Source: Octopus sinensis (taxonomy: Eukaryota). From it: a stretch of DNA of 64,000 nucleotides. The first letter of the stretch is position 1. Each line of letters starts with the position of its first letter. Of the stretch, positions 1-12,178 are shown in pieces. The stretch is from NCBI RefSeq assembly GCF_006345805.1, contig NC_042999.1, positions 37,882,001 to 37,946,000 of the forward strand, in the 5' to 3' direction. A model generated the notes under the pieces. That model did not search any database, had not been told where the DNA came from, and saw nothing but the letters and a program-made list of their open reading frames with translations. The translations under genes were made by a program, and so were the position numbers.

Positions 1-359
1 CGAGGGTTCCGGTTGATCCGAATCAACGGAACAGCTTGCTCGTGAAATTAACGTGTAAGTGGCTGAGTACTCCACAGACACGTGTACCCTTAACGTAGTT
101 CTCGGGGATATTCAGCGTGACACAGAGAGTGACAAGGCCGGCCCTTTGAAATACAGGTACAATAGAAACAGGAAGTAAGAGTGAGAGAAAGTTGTGGTAA
201 AAGAGTACAGCAGGGATCACCACCATCCCCTGCCGGAGCCTTGTGGAGCTTTAGGTGTTTTCTCTCAATAAACACTCACAACGCCCGGTCTGGGAATCGA
301 AACCGCGATCCTATGACCGCGAGTCCGCTGCCCTAACCACTGGGCCATTGCGCCTCCAC
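1..359 (-). mobile_element. tRNA-derived SINE, family T, tail type 1 (runs off window edge)
   Basis: Reverse strand begins GTGGAGGCGCAATGGCCCAGTGGTTAGGGCAGCGGACTCGCGGTCATAGGATCGCGGTTTCGATTCC: Pol III A box TGGCCCAGTGG and B-box-like GGTTTCGATTCC. Same head/body recurs at 5665-5810 and 16366-16535. Confidence 0.85.
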
Positions 360-458
360 ACATACATATATACATACACACACACATACGAGATCTGGTT
401 AATAAATAGCCGGACTGTTGCCGTAGTAACGAAGGTAAAGTACACAAAATAAATCTGT

Positions 459-632
459 TTGGGACAGATTAACCTTGAAAATTGCTGCACATGCGCACTA
501 AGTTTTAACGTTCTGGCTCACTTCCGATGTTTACAGCACTGCTTTGAAGGAAGGTGTAGAGCGTGTGATTGTCGCATTGAAGTTAAAACTTAGTGCGCAT
601 GCAGAGCAAAATTCAAGGTCAATCTGTGCCAA
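459..632. mobile_element. MITE-like element with ~51-bp imperfect terminal inverted repeats
   Basis: 459-509 TTGGGACAGATTAACCTTGAAAATTGCTGCACATGCGCACTAAGTTTTAAC matches the reverse complement of 582-632 with about 7 mismatches; non-coding spacer of ~72 bp. Confidence 0.6.
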
Positions 633-707
633 GCGCCCCACTCTCTCCGTGCTTTAGTTTCGTTACCATAGCAACAGCCTGATACTCATTGATCAGACCA
701 CATATAT

Positions 708-870
708 GCATAGGAGTGGCTGTGTGGTTAGTAGCTTGCTTACCAGCCACATGGATCGGGGTTCAGTCCCACTGCCTGGCACTCTGGGCAAGTGTCTTCT
801 ACTATTGCCTCGGGCCGACCAAAGCCTTGTGAGTGGATTTGGTAGACAGAAACTGAAAGAAGTCCGTCGT
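708..870 (+). mobile_element. SINE family A, 5' half (tRNA-like head plus CORE-like segment)
   Basis: GGAGTGGCTGTGTGGTTAGTAGCTTGC...GGTTCAGTCCCACTG...CTGGGCAAGTGTCTTCTACTAT...GAAACTGAAAGAAG, ends in (TA)n; matches the full copies at 21654 and 23941. Confidence 0.85.
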
Positions 871-1475
871 ATATATATATGTATATATATATATATAGAG
901 AGAGAGAGAACAATCTCACTTAGAAATGGATGCGTGCGTTCTGTCCTGACTGCCTTCAAGTAGAGACGGCACTTTCTGTTGCTCCTTCGCCGTTCTCAAA
1001 AATAGCGTTCGTAAAATTTGTTATCTCGTTCGGCTTAGCAGCCCTTCTTGTTCGTGTTACTGTTATTCTCCTTGTCCTGTCTTTTACTGTATATATTTTG
1101 TACTGTCGTTACTGTCCTGTTTTTGTTACCATTTTTACCCCTCCGCAAAAAAAATCTCAAATTTTATTTAATTTGATTTTCGCGGGAAGGATTGTTTCAT
1201 TAAAGTCATGTATCGCCTTGACCTTCGCATCGTGGAGTAGATGAAACAAAGGCGACTGAAGAAGGGGAAGTTTCCTTGTTTTGTATGTCCTGTACTCTAT
1301 TTTTTCGTTGTTTAAGAAAAATGTCCATTTCCTTGGTTTTGTGTTTATGTTTTCGTTTCTCATTGTGTTCGACGTTTTTTTTTTGTGTTCTGTACCCATA
1401 TATGCATGTATATATACATGTAGAGGTAGGTACGTACATACATGTATGTATATATGCATATGTTTTATTTATTTA

Positions 1476-1505
<30 letters not shown>

Positions 1506-1509
<4 letters not shown>

Positions 1510-1747
1510 CGTGTATATGTTTGTGTGTCTGGGTTTTCCCCCTCACCCCAACATCGCTTGACAAACGACGCTGGTGTGTTTGTGTTACCGTAACTTAGCG
1601 GTTCGGCAAAAGAGGCCGATAGAATAAGTATCAGGATTACAAAGAATAAGTCCTGGGGTTTATTTGCTCGACTAAAGGTGGTGCTTCAACATGGCCGCAG
1701 TGAAAATGACCGAAACAAGTAAAATATTAAAGGAATAAAAGAATAAA
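1506..1747 (+). mobile_element. SINE family A, 3' half
   Basis: CATCGCTTGACAAACGACGCTGGTGTG...GCGGTTCGGCAAAAGAG...GGTGGTGCTTCAACATGGCCGCAG...GAAACAAGTAAAA tail. Confidence 0.8.
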
Positions 1748-1842
1748 TGTACATGCACACACGTATGTATGTATGTATGTATGTATGTATGTATGTATGT
1801 ATGTATGTATGTATGTATGTATGTATGTATGTATGTGTGTGC

Positions 1843-1879
<37 letters not shown>

Positions 1880-2261
1880 AATATATACGAGCAACCTCCT
1901 CCCGTCCAATGGACGGTGCTTAGTTGTAAAACATTTAAACCAAATTTTCTCAAAACAACTTGTCCGACCGTCCCATAGGCCTCCCCTTTGAGAAACACTG
2001 ATTTAACCTAGATTTGAGACACCAGCAAAAGTAGAAATAAAGATAGACTTTTTTCTATTCCAAAGAAAAACGATTTTATTCACTTTATCGATCGTATTCT
2101 CACCTGGAATCGATTTTTGTAATTTTTCCAAGACTTATACACGCTCTGATACCGTCGGTATCTACATATCATATTTGAGCGCCATCGGATGGAGGATGCC
2201 CGAGATCATAGAAGACACACAGACAGACAGATGGGATATATACGTGTATATATACATGTGA

Positions 2262-2313
<52 letters not shown>

Positions 2314-2790
2314 TATATATATGGGGAGAGAGAGAGAGAGGGAGGAAGAGGAGGAGAGAGAGGCTTTGAAACTAAGGATTTGAAACTATTGGAATTTTAT
2401 AATGTGACAAATTTTTTCTTCTTCCTTTTCTTGGTTAAATGGTTAAGAAATTCATACACAACAATGAGGTCACAGACTCAATATCACTGTGTGGCATGTT
2501 CACTAATTATCTTTACCTTAGTCTCTGGTCGACCTAAGAACGGTAACCGGAATTAGGTAGGTGGATGGACTGTATTGGAATTCAAAAATCCACTCTTGTC
2601 CGGATGTATGTTTACTCGTTCTCTCAGTGAATTACTGTATGAGTACATGTGTCTGTGGATTACTGGATTACGCAGTCACTTCACACGGCCAAACCAAGAC
2701 TAGTTTGTTCAAGTGATCCAACATGTAGACAATCAGACGCTCTTGTGTCGAAATCAACGGAAGAGTCCATCACACACACATACATACATA

Positions 2791-3200
2791 CTTTTACTCT
2801 TATTCTCTTATATGTTTCAGTCCAATGACTGTGGCCATGCTGGAGCACCGCCATTGTAATCCTCTTTCCACTTTCCACTTTTGTCAGAACGGCTTCTGGT
2901 GACGGATGGATTTCGATGCTACTGCCCTCTTTTGAGTTTCCTGCTTAGATATTGGCTCATCCGGGGTCTCATCGATCCAGAGGTCAAGTTCAAGTTTGAA
3001 AACGCCTACATCCACTCCAAGGAGGCTCTTCAGATGCTTCGGCAGACAGTTAAACAGCTGTGGGTCCTTGAAGTACAAGCTATTGCAGTACATCGTCCTT
3101 GCCCGAGATGAAGCAGTCGGCACAATTGGGACAGCATAGTGACGTCCTGTTCGTGGTCTGGTATATTCCAAAGTTTGGTACCAGTCCTCCTAGTATCTTC
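2791..3200 (-). mobile_element. CR1-group LINE, 3'-terminal fragment (5'-truncated)
   Basis: ORF 2884..3171 (-) encodes YCNSLYFKDPQLFNCLPKHLKSLLGVDVGVFKLELDLWIDETPDEP, homologous to the C-terminus of the RT-bearing LINE at 16737-18200; ends in GGCGGTGCTCCAGCATGGCCACAGTCATTGGACTGAAAC plus short A-rich repeats. Confidence 0.85.
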
Positions 3201-3547
3201 CATATATATATATATATATATCACTGCATACCTCTACCGCCTTCGTTCCAAGGAATAGAATCGCAGCTATTTCACACACAAAACACACACATATGTATCT
3301 ATGCATTGTTTGACACTATTCAGTCAGCCCCATATACATACAGCCGCAAAATTAACATCGTATGCATTGTAGCAGAATATATATATCTAAAAACGGAATA
3401 TTCATGCATCACGAATCTAGATCCCAACTCACTTATGTACAAACGTATACTATATTCAATACATTATGCAGAGGACACAACACACACGTAACACATACAC
3501 ACGCTACTCTCTTCACCATTCACACCTACATACATTCGTACGAACGT

Positions 3548-3567
3548 AGTATATATATATATATTAT

Positions 3568-3647
<80 letters not shown>

Positions 3648-3918
3648 ACGTATATATATGTATATATATATGTATATTTGTATATATATATGTATATATA
3701 TATGTATATATATGTATATATGTATATATATATGTATTTATATATATGTATATAATGTATATATATATGTATATATATGTATATATGTATATATATATGT
3801 ATTTATATATATGTATATATTATATATATATAAATAAATATATATATATATATGTATATATATATACGTATATATATATGTATATATATATGTATATATA
3901 TATATGTATATATATATG

Positions 3919-3949
<31 letters not shown>

Positions 3950-4020
3950 GTATATAATGTATATATATATATATACATACATACATACATATATATATAT
4001 GTATATATATATATATACAT

Positions 4021-4054
<34 letters not shown>

Positions 4055-4082
4055 CATTATATAGATATGTATATATATTTAT
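3548..4082. repeat. Long degenerate (TA)n/(TATG)n microsatellite
   Basis: About 530 bp almost entirely TA with TG/CA interruptions; source of the YI-rich spurious ORFs. Confidence 0.95.
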
Positions 4083-4318
4083 GATTTTATAGATATGTAT
4101 AGACGAAACACAGAACGGCACGACTCGCCGAACATACATTTTTCCTGCTTGATGCACGCAGAAGACTAACGGAAGTACGAGTGCATGTGTGTGGTAGAAA
4201 AAGAAAACACACACACACACAAAACCGCCCGAGAAACATCCATAAACGTAAACTGCTATAGAATGTCTTTAACGCTTTTGGTTTTGTGTATGCGTCGTGT
4301 GTGTGTGTGTGGATGTGT

Positions 4319-4352
<34 letters not shown>

Positions 4353-4709
4353 CGTTTAGTGCATTTCGAAAGACCTTGAATTTACGATAAAAGACAATCT
4401 ACAACACGATCTTGATTAAACAAGAAAGCCAGAAGAAAAGCCATAAAATAAAAAAAAAATCAAAATAAAATAATATAAAAAAAAGCACGGCAGATCCAAA
4501 TCCATTTAACTTTGTGTGACAGACTGTGGGTTTCTACAAAGGAATTTTGAAATAAGAAATTTTCGTTTCAATTTTCTAAATACCGCTTTAATTAGAAATT
4601 TTATCATTTGGTTTTGATTGGCGTCTCAATCGGTTTTTTAACTTGGTCTGTTTCTTTTTTTTATGTGGCTCGTTCTCATCGTAATCGTTCAAATTATGTT
4701 CACGTTAAA

Positions 4710-5106
4710 TCTTTATATATAAAAGTGAAGTTGTGTGTCTGTCTCCTACGATTTAGATTCCTAACTATTCCCACATTTTGCGGTGCAGTTTAACCAAAAC
4801 CGGGTATCTTAAAGTCGTGATTCATATCGAGCCCTTCTGGGTATTAGCGCGCGTCTACGATGAGTCTACGATTTAAAAAAAAAATTACCATCATTTTTTC
4901 CCATTTTTAATCCATTTTTTTTTGCTATTATATAAGGGAAGTAACTCTCTAAAAATGTATTATTAAATCTCAGAACGTAAAAGGCCACAGTAATACCCCC
5001 CTTTTTGGTTAGCCATATTGACATGGCTATTATACTTTACATCTCTAAAAATGCTTATATAGTTATTTCCCTTACAAACCCGAGCAACGCCGGGCGATAC
5101 TGCTAG
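4710..5106 (+). mobile_element. Non-autonomous Helitron (397 bp)
   Basis: 5' A|TCTTTATATATAAAAG, 3' hairpin CCCGAGCAACGCCGGG then CGATACTG and CTAG|T; sits between A and T with no target duplication. Confidence 0.85.
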
Positions 5107-5543
5107 TATATTATATTTCAGTCTACTGTATCAGACAAAATGCTTAGCAGCATTTCTTCTGGTTCTTTATGTTATGAGTTTTGATATCGATATGGTCGAC
5201 TTTGGCATTCATCCTTTGGGGGTCGTTGAAATAAGTAACTGCTGAGCTTCGGGATCGACATAATCAAGTACCTCATCCTCTCAACATTTCTGGCCTCGTG
5301 TCAGAATTAGAAAGAATTGTATTTCAAATTACTAAAGTCGAGAGCTGGTAGAATCGTTAGCGAATAGGACAAAATGCTTAGCTTCATTTCATCGATTCAT
5401 TGCATTTTTTGTTTGAGTTAAACACCTGTCGAGTTTGATTCTGCTTTTCATCCATTCGGGGTAGATCAAATATATACCAGTTGAGCACTACGGTCGATGT
5501 GACCAACTATCTTCTCCCGTAAATTTCATGGCTTGTACCTATG

Positions 5544-5810
5544 TTTTTTTTTTTATGCGGCCTTTTCAAGCCTAGTCAGTCTCATGGGCCCGGTGTCTCG
5601 TTTTCTATGGCGTATGTGTTCCCCCCAGCTGGACGGGACGCCAGTCCATCGCAGCGTTACACAAGAAACAGGAAGAAAGAGTGAAAGAAAGTTGGGGTGA
5701 AAGAGTACAACAGTGGTCGCCACCACCCCCTGCCGGAGCCTCGTGGAGCTTTAGGTGTTTTCGCTCAAGATACACACACAACGCCCAGTCTGGGAATCGA
5801 AACCGCGATC
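5544..5810 (-). mobile_element. tRNA-derived SINE family T, tail type 2 with V-domain-like segment
   Basis: Shares the family T body (AAAACACCTAAAGCTCCACGAGGCTCCGGCAGGGGGTGGTGGCG); then GCTGCGATGGACTGGCGTCCCGTCCAG (5629-5655), resembling the V-SINE central domain; poly-A tail at 5544-5554. Confidence 0.75.
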
Positions 5811-6191
5811 AAGAAGTAGTAGTAGGGACAGAAGAGGGAGAAAAAGAAGAGAAAAATACAGGAGTGCTGTGACAGTAAATTGTTCGTGGAATCTTCATTA
5901 CTTAAAGATTCCACGAACAATTTATTGTCACGTGTCTCCTGTATTTTACTTTTCATTTCCCTCTCCCTCTTCTTTCCCTACTTCTACTTCTTCTTCTCCT
6001 CCTCCTCCTCCTCTTCCTCCTCCTCCTCCTCTTCCTCCTCCTCCTCCTCCTTCTTCTTCTTCTTCTTCTTCTTTCCCTTCATCTGTGGCTTCTGTGGCTT
6101 GCTTAAACCCGTTCTGCAGTTTCTCCGTATTTCATCTCCGTAGTTCATTCGTGTTTGACTTTATATATACATACATGCATGCATACATACA

Positions 6192-6275
<84 letters not shown>

Positions 6276-6357
6276 ATAGATAAATATGAGAACGACAATA
6301 AAAAATACCTTCGTTGGTCGCTGCGAGCATAAGCCGTACAGGTAAATTAATAAAGTA

Positions 6358-6570
6358 TATATGAAGGTAGGACATGAGCACCTGCATCACTAGAGATAGA
6401 AGTCAAAATACTTCCAAGCCACTTCCTCTTGCAGACTTGGTAGAGGAAGCTAATCTTGTCCACTAATTTTTTTTCCTATCATGCCTGTATTAACATTGTG
6501 ATTCTTCCGTGGCTGGAAATATTTTGACTTCTATTTTTAGCGATGAAGGTGCTCATGTAGTACCCTTGTA
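6358..6570. mobile_element. TA-flanked MITE (Tc1/mariner-type ends), ~60-bp TIRs
   Basis: Left ...ACATGAGCACCTGCATCACTAGAGATAGAAGTCAAAATACTTCCAAGCCAC pairs with right GTGGCTGGAAATATTTTGACTTCTATTTTTAGCGATGAAGGTGCTCATGTAGTACCCTTGTA; a related right-hand portion recurs at 6781-6929. Confidence 0.7.
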
Positions 6571-6924
6571 TAATATATATAATATATATATATATATATA
6601 ATAATATATATATATATATATATATACGTATTTCGTTTGTTTAAATGGTGTTTAACCACTTCAGATGGATTTACAAGCATGGTGGGGTTAAGTTCTAGTA
6701 GCTGTCCCTGGCAGACTTGGCTGAGAAGATTCAGGCACCGTTTGACGCTAAATTCGAAATCATTATATCAAATTAACCAGCATTCCTCTTGCAGATTTGG
6801 TAGGGCGCTAATCTTGTTCACTAAAATTTTTTTCTTATCATGCCTGTATTAATTTTGGAATTCTTCCGCGCTTGTAAGTATTTTGACTTCTATTTCTAGT
6901 GATGCAGTTGCGCATGTAGTACAC

Positions 6925-6952
<28 letters not shown>

Positions 6953-6955
<3 letters not shown>

Positions 6956-7074
6956 ACCGTGATCATCGTGACCGACCAGGCTGTCAGATGTTGCTACACA
7001 TCGCTGGTCACAATGCGCTTCGCATTGATTTAGCCTTCAAATGACGCCACCCCGCTGGCTAAGCGAGCAGACCA
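6953..7074 (-). mobile_element. SINE family T tail type 3, isolated 3' fragment
   Basis: Reverse complement matches 16540-16658 (GCTCGCTTAGCCAGC...TGTGACCAGCGATGTGTAGCAACATCTGACAGCCTGGTCGGTCACGATGATCACGGTGAT). Confidence 0.8.
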
Positions 7075-7219
7075 ATATATACATATACACCAACTTTCTC
7101 ACCTATATATATATATATAATATATTATATATATATTATTCTATATATATATATAGATATATATAATATATATATAATAATATATATATATATTGTGTGT
7201 GTGTGTGTGTGTATGTATA

Positions 7220-8100
7220 TCTCTCTATATATAAAACTGAGAATGTGTGTGTGTGTGTGCGTCTGTCTGTCTGTGTGTTTCCCTAAAACTTGAGAACTAT
7301 ACAACCAATTTCATTCAAATTTTACACATGCCTTACTTAGGGTCCATTTAGTTTCATGGGCAAAAAAACGTTCAACTTCTTGCCTAGGGCGAGCCCATAG
7401 CAATATCATATCTTATCCACTATTTCAGTATTACGTATTAAAGGTGAAACAAAAATATTTCTCTATCTTATGTCAGATACTTTCACTTTAACAATAAAAA
7501 ATAGAGATAATAATAACAATTGAATTATATGTAGGAAGTAATAATTAAAATCAAACTAAAGTATAATTTAATAATAAAAATCGTAACATAACAATTAAAA
7601 GTAAAAATAGCAATTGGTATAAACTTGCATCAATGACTTGAACTTGAATAAGTGGTTTCACATGAATAGGAATAAATTAAAAGTAAAGTTAATGTGCAGA
7701 AATGGAATAGTCCAGATGGAGCTGTGCACATACCCTTTACCACGGCTTTTACATTAGATTATTTGCTAATTAGCTAGCATTAAGTATCTATATGATGTTT
7801 GGCTGTATGTAATGTCTGTTTTTTCGAATAGCCGCTTCTACTGAGTACTGCTGTTGGTTTATTTCTTATCCATAAATGACTTCAACTGAGTACTACTTTT
7901 TGTTGTTATTATTATTATTGTTTAACTATTGCTATCACGTTTGTTGGTTTCTCGCAAGGGAAACGTTGTTGCGTTGCATTTGTTAAATAATTGTAAGCCG
8001 TAACCCCTCCCCTTTGGGAGAAGGAGCTTTGGTTATTGTTTAAAAATTGAATTGTGTCCCTGTTTGATGAAATTGACAATATTTTCACCATTTATACGGA
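7220..8100 (+). mobile_element. Probable Helitron-derived element, 5' portion (3' end not found)
   Basis: Starts A|TCTCTCTATATATAAAACTGAGAATGTGTG, like the Helitron 5' ends at 4710 and 50490; no hairpin+CTAG terminus located, so the right boundary is approximate. Confidence 0.5.
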
Positions 8101-8851
8101 AGCATTTATGTTAAAATGTCTTCGATAGAAGAAAGTCCAAAAATGAATTTTGCTGCAGCCGTCGGCGGGCGCGAACTCATTAAATTAAAATGGAAGAAAT
8201 ACAAACCTATTTCGGATTGATCACCGACAAAGACGGTGAATCTAGGATAACACCACCAAACGAAATATAAAATAAAATTAAAGAAAAGACTATTGTCTAT
8301 AAAGTATACGATGTAGAGAAAAAAAAAGATTTGAACACCTGGAGGAAAGCACCATCGAAAAGTGTCTTGGTGCGACTTTGAAAGATATCTAACCAGAGGC
8401 GGTAAATTCGCCACAATAGAAGCAACGTTCGAGTCAACGGACCGTGCAAGGGAGTACTCGACTCGAACCTTGCAAAGTGGAAATATTTTATTTTTACCTT
8501 TATATCTGGAACGTAGGACGTCCCGGATAAAAATTAAAAATGCCGCCCCCACGAAGTAGAGGTAGGCTGGATTGTAGCCACAATTCTATACAAGAGGGAG
8601 GACAAGATACAAATGATCGAAATTGCAAGAGAGGGGCCTACAATTCCAGTCTGTTATATATTTTGAGTATTGTTATCACTAGCGATATGAAGATATAACT
8701 TTGTATTTTGTATTTTATGTGTAGATGTATATATATAGATGTACATGTAATATATACACATATATACACACACATATACATGCATTAGCACTATGACTCG
8801 ACAACGACGGGTCATAATGCTGTATATATATATATATTATATATATATATA

Positions 8852-9243
8852 TCTTTTACTCTTTTACTTGTTTCAGTCATATGACTGCGGCCATGCTGGA
8901 GCACCACCTTTAATCGAGCAACTCGACCCCGGGACTTATTCTTTTGTAAGCCCAGTAATTATTCTACCGGTCTCTTTTGCCGAACCGCTAAGTAACGGGG
9001 ACATAAACACACCAGCATCGGTTGTCAAGCAATGCTAGGGGGACAAACACACACACGCATATATATATACATATATACGACGGGCTTCTTTCAGTTTCCG
9101 TCTACCAAATCCACTCACAAGGCTTTGGTCGGCCCGAGGCTATAGTAGAAGACACTTGCCCAAGGTGCCACGTAGTTGGACTCAACACGGAACCGTGTTG
9201 GCTGGTAAACAAACTACTTACCACACAGCCACTCCTGTGCCTA
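8852..9243 (-). mobile_element. SINE family A, full length
   Basis: Head, CORE-like part, internal (CA)(TA) microsatellite and tail all present on the reverse strand. Confidence 0.9.
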
Positions 9244-9276
9244 TATATACGTATATATATATTTTATATATATATA

Positions 9277-9316
<40 letters not shown>

Positions 9317-9323
9317 TATATAT

Positions 9324-9357
<34 letters not shown>

Positions 9358-10666
9358 ATATATGTGTGTGTGGTGTGTGGTGTGTGTGTGTGTAAGTATA
9401 TATGTGTGCATGTGTGTGTTGACGCATTCACATTGGAAGACTCACAGATACATATATGCTTCTTCAGTCAGGCTCTTGACGAAGGCACAATACAATGCAA
9501 ATGTTAGCGTACTAATACAAACATATGTTAAGTTAAGTGTTCGACACTTTCTCATTAAACGATTGCGAACTTGCCTAGTATATTGCGTAGTAAATCACCG
9601 ATGACTATGAAGTGCTTTTAACTTTTGTTCGTTTGGAGAATGATTTATCTCATCAAACACGAATTCTTACCGTTTCGCTATTTTCAATTTCCCAACAATA
9701 TATTCTCGTTTTCTATAGTTTAATATAGTTTCATTATATTTCTAACGACTGAAGGAAAATATTTGGTTGCCTTTGTATTTGAAGATGCTTAATTTAGTTC
9801 TTTTGTAACTTCAAACAAAGCATTTGTTATTAAACATTTATTATTATACATATGCATGTTTATATACTGACATTATTTGACTACATCACTTGAAGATATC
9901 TTACAAGGTTTTCTAGGAGAGATTCATTGAAATACTTTTTCGAAATAGACAATGAAACCCTGGGGATCTTTTCAGAAGATTTAGTACTTGTTCTCGAAAT
10001 CTTCGCCAACTAATAAACTTTGTAGTGATAAATAAAATTTCAATATTTATTTAGACTTGAAATCATACTAAAACGCACTTTTCTCTCTCCTCTTTGTAAT
10101 CTTAAACACAAAGTCTTCATTCTCACTTAAAAACTTTCATTTAACTCTTTCTTTTTCTTTTCTTCCTTTCACATAATTTAGTGACATACATCCACCATGT
10201 GTTATTGCTTTATCGATAGATCTCTTTTCTCCTCTTTTTGAATACATACTTTTTTTTTACTAGCTTGGGGAAACTGTCAACAAACCACCCATCCACGAAC
10301 AACGTTTACATGGGCAAAACCTTTTTCTTGTGATCTGCTAATTATTGGCATGCAGAAGATATATTTAAAAGGCTAGTATAGGAACTTAACTCATGATGCT
10401 ACCACAAAATCAAAATCAAAATAAAAAACACAAGCCCCTTTTCGCCACATCTTTTTCATTTAATTCACAACCGATACCTAAGATACAGAGGTTTACATTG
10501 GAGCAAATCAAAGTGATGGTGAGCGACAACCCATATCTTATATAGTTTCTATTTCCCGATTCCACACTCAATCAAGAACTCAACGTTACTTACGAATAAA
10601 AGTTACATAATTTTTCATTATTGAATTTATAAAAGGTGTTTTGTTTCTAATATAATATATAATATA

Positions 10667-10717
<51 letters not shown>

Positions 10718-10791
10718 TATTTTTGTGAAATTTGATTTAGTATTTCTAAACTGAATTTTTCCCTGTAAGTTTGAAATAATATTCCCTCCTA

Positions 10792-10833
<42 letters not shown>

Positions 10834-10840
10834 ATATATA

Positions 10841-10898
<58 letters not shown>

Positions 10899-11137
10899 CG
10901 TTTTGGGATTTGGTTTGCAAGATTCTTTATATGAGTTCGTGTGTTGAAGCATATTCTGTTGTGACTGGTGACAGTCATTCTCTTTTAGTGCCTTATTATT
11001 TAACACACTCACCGGTAAAATTTCCACTTATTTCTTATTTTTATCTTCTAAAATTTTCGTTGCGTCTTGCAACCTTTTCAATAGTCTTGACTCTTGACTT
11101 TTTTTTGATCATTATTATTTTTTGTTTTGTTATATAT

Positions 11138-11348
11138 TACTCTTTTACTCTTTTACTTGTTTCAGTCATTTGACTGCGGCCATGCTGGTGCACCGCCTTT
11201 AGTCGAGCAAATCGACCCCAGGACTTATTCTTTGTAAGCCCAGTACTTATTCTATCGGTGTCTTTTGCCGAACCGCTAAGTGACGGAGACGTAAACACGC
11301 TAGCATCGGTTGTCAAGCAATGATAGGGGGACAAACACAGACAAACAA

Positions 11349-11379
<31 letters not shown>

Positions 11380-11553
11380 CATATATACGACAGGCTTCTT
11401 TCAGTTTCCGTCTACCAATTCCACTCACAAGGCATTGGTCGGCCCGGGGCTATAGCAGAAGACACTTTGCCCAAGATGCCACGCAGTGGGACTGAAATTG
11501 GAACCATGTGGTTGGTTAGCAAGCTACTTACCACACAGCCACTCCTGCGCCTA
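11138..11553 (-). mobile_element. SINE family A, full length
   Basis: Same architecture as 8852-9243. Confidence 0.9.
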
Positions 11554-12178
11554 TATATATATATTTTTAAAATATTTTTTTTATTTCTGTATGTAATCAT
11601 TTAGATATGTAAATAAACAGATCAACATACAGACGGATAGGTACATAGGTTACAAGAACAGACACATATGGAGAAACGGATCCACACATTTAAAGATGCA
11701 CACCCATACATACAAACATGGTACATAGTTACATAACACACACACATACGTAGAAAATACACAAACACGGACAGGCAAGCACATAAATATGCAGGATACG
11801 TACATACAGATGCACACACATAATTTCATACATATGCATACACACACATATATACATACACACACATGCAAACACACACACAAATACATACGTACATGTA
11901 TGCATGTATAGGCACACACACTGATCCACACACATGCGCATAAACAAACAAAAGGGAACGCAGTGTAAATAACGGACAGAGTCAAGACTATTGAAAAGGT
12001 TGCAAGACGCAACGAAAATTTTAGGAAAATAAAAATAAGAAATAAGTGGAAATTTTACCGGTGAGTGTGTTAAATAAAAAAGGCACTAAAAGAGAATGAC
12101 TCTCCCCAGTTACAACAGTATATATATATGCAACTCATTTCTACAGCTGAGTGAACTGGAGCAACGTGAAATAAAGTG

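Noticed and set aside
290-359. tRNA gene candidates at SINE heads (also 16366, 20966, 21654)
   Set aside because: A/B boxes are present but cloverleaf and acceptor stem are incomplete, and each continues into a SINE body.
3362-4220. Long ORFs rich in YI/HT/CV/YLSI (also 19169-19644, 22641-23296, 30590-30965 and others)
   Set aside because: Translations of (TA)n, (TACA)n, (TG)n and (TATC)n microsatellites that lack stops in some frames; not genes.
9600-10300. Possible Penelope GIY-YIG remnant on the minus strand
   Set aside because: Only a faint motif resemblance (SFSR-KYNETILNY) amid many stops; not supportable by eye.
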